DNA from: Octopus sinensis
Lineage: Eukaryota
NCBI RefSeq assembly: GCF_006345805.1
Contig: NC_043001.1
Coordinates: forward strand, 45,508,001 to 45,572,000
DNA length: 64,000 bases
Reading direction: 5' to 3'
Part shown: positions 63,391 through 64,000 of the stretch, piece by piece
Position numbering within the stretch: position 1 is the first letter of the stretch
Layout of the letters: each line of letters starts with the position of its first letter
The notes under the pieces: model-generated
Told to the model about the DNA's origin: nothing
Database searches by the model: none
What the model saw: only the letters and a program-made list of their open reading frames with translations
Program-made: the position numbers and the translations under genes

Positions 63391-64000
63391 ACCTCAAAAA
63401 AAATTTTTTTTAATTAAAATAAAAAGATGAAGTAGGTTTTTAAGGGATAGTTAATGATTAATATAGATTTCACAGTATTAAGAAGCTGGCAGATAACTAC
63501 CCCCTACTCCATGCAATGAAAAGATACTGTTCTAGTTCAAGTAATATTTCCATATCATCAGTTCTTTGTTCTTGACAGTTATTAGAATTATATCGACTCA
63601 AATTTTCTGCTCAGAAATGCAACAAGAGGCATGCAACTAATTTGAACTTAATCTATCAACAGATGGCTAGATCAGTATAGACACATTTAATGTGGCAACA
63701 ACAAAATCTAAACAGAAACAATAATGCAAAACACAGACTTCATTATTCTTGCCAAAGCAGTGATCCCTAAAGAAAGATGTATACAATATTGTACATATGT
63801 AATGTGATTTGAAAATTAAATTTCTAAGATTACTTGACTCAAATATACCATCAGCAAAAGAAAAAAATTAAAAGAAAAAGTTAGTGCTAACATAGTGAGC
63901 ATAATTAGAAATACTTATGTGATAAGAAAAAGAAAAATATCAGCTCAATAACAAATCATTTCAGCAAGTACTGTTTCAGTCTTACTAGATCTCAGCATAT

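Overview
AT-rich, repeat-dense eukaryotic DNA. The repeat families, including tRNA-derived SINEs, RTE tails ending in (GAT)n and abundant (TA)n/(CA)n, match my recollection of octopus (coleoid cephalopod) genomes; this assignment is inference, not a database result. There is no intact protein-coding gene, rRNA, tRNA or CRISPR array. Most ORFs in the supplied track are microsatellite or antisense-transposon artefacts. What can be supported is a layered set of decayed mobile elements. These are two internally deleted Ty3/gypsy LTR elements with matching 5-bp TSDs and TG...AA termini, and an internally deleted LINE nested in one of their LTRs. There is also a Penelope-like element, several RTE and CR1-type LINE fragments, two mariner-type remnants, three hAT-type MITEs with 8-bp TSDs, a Helentron-type HINE and many SINEs. 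The most interesting non-annotated signals are four minimal hammerhead-ribozyme-like motifs (17.35, 41.35, 46.77 and 62.9 kb). There are also three near-perfect inverted duplications (25.1, 39.3 and 57.4-58.0 kb). A few weak candidate exons hint at a host gene, the best being at 10.65-10.88 kb on the minus strand, but none could be named.
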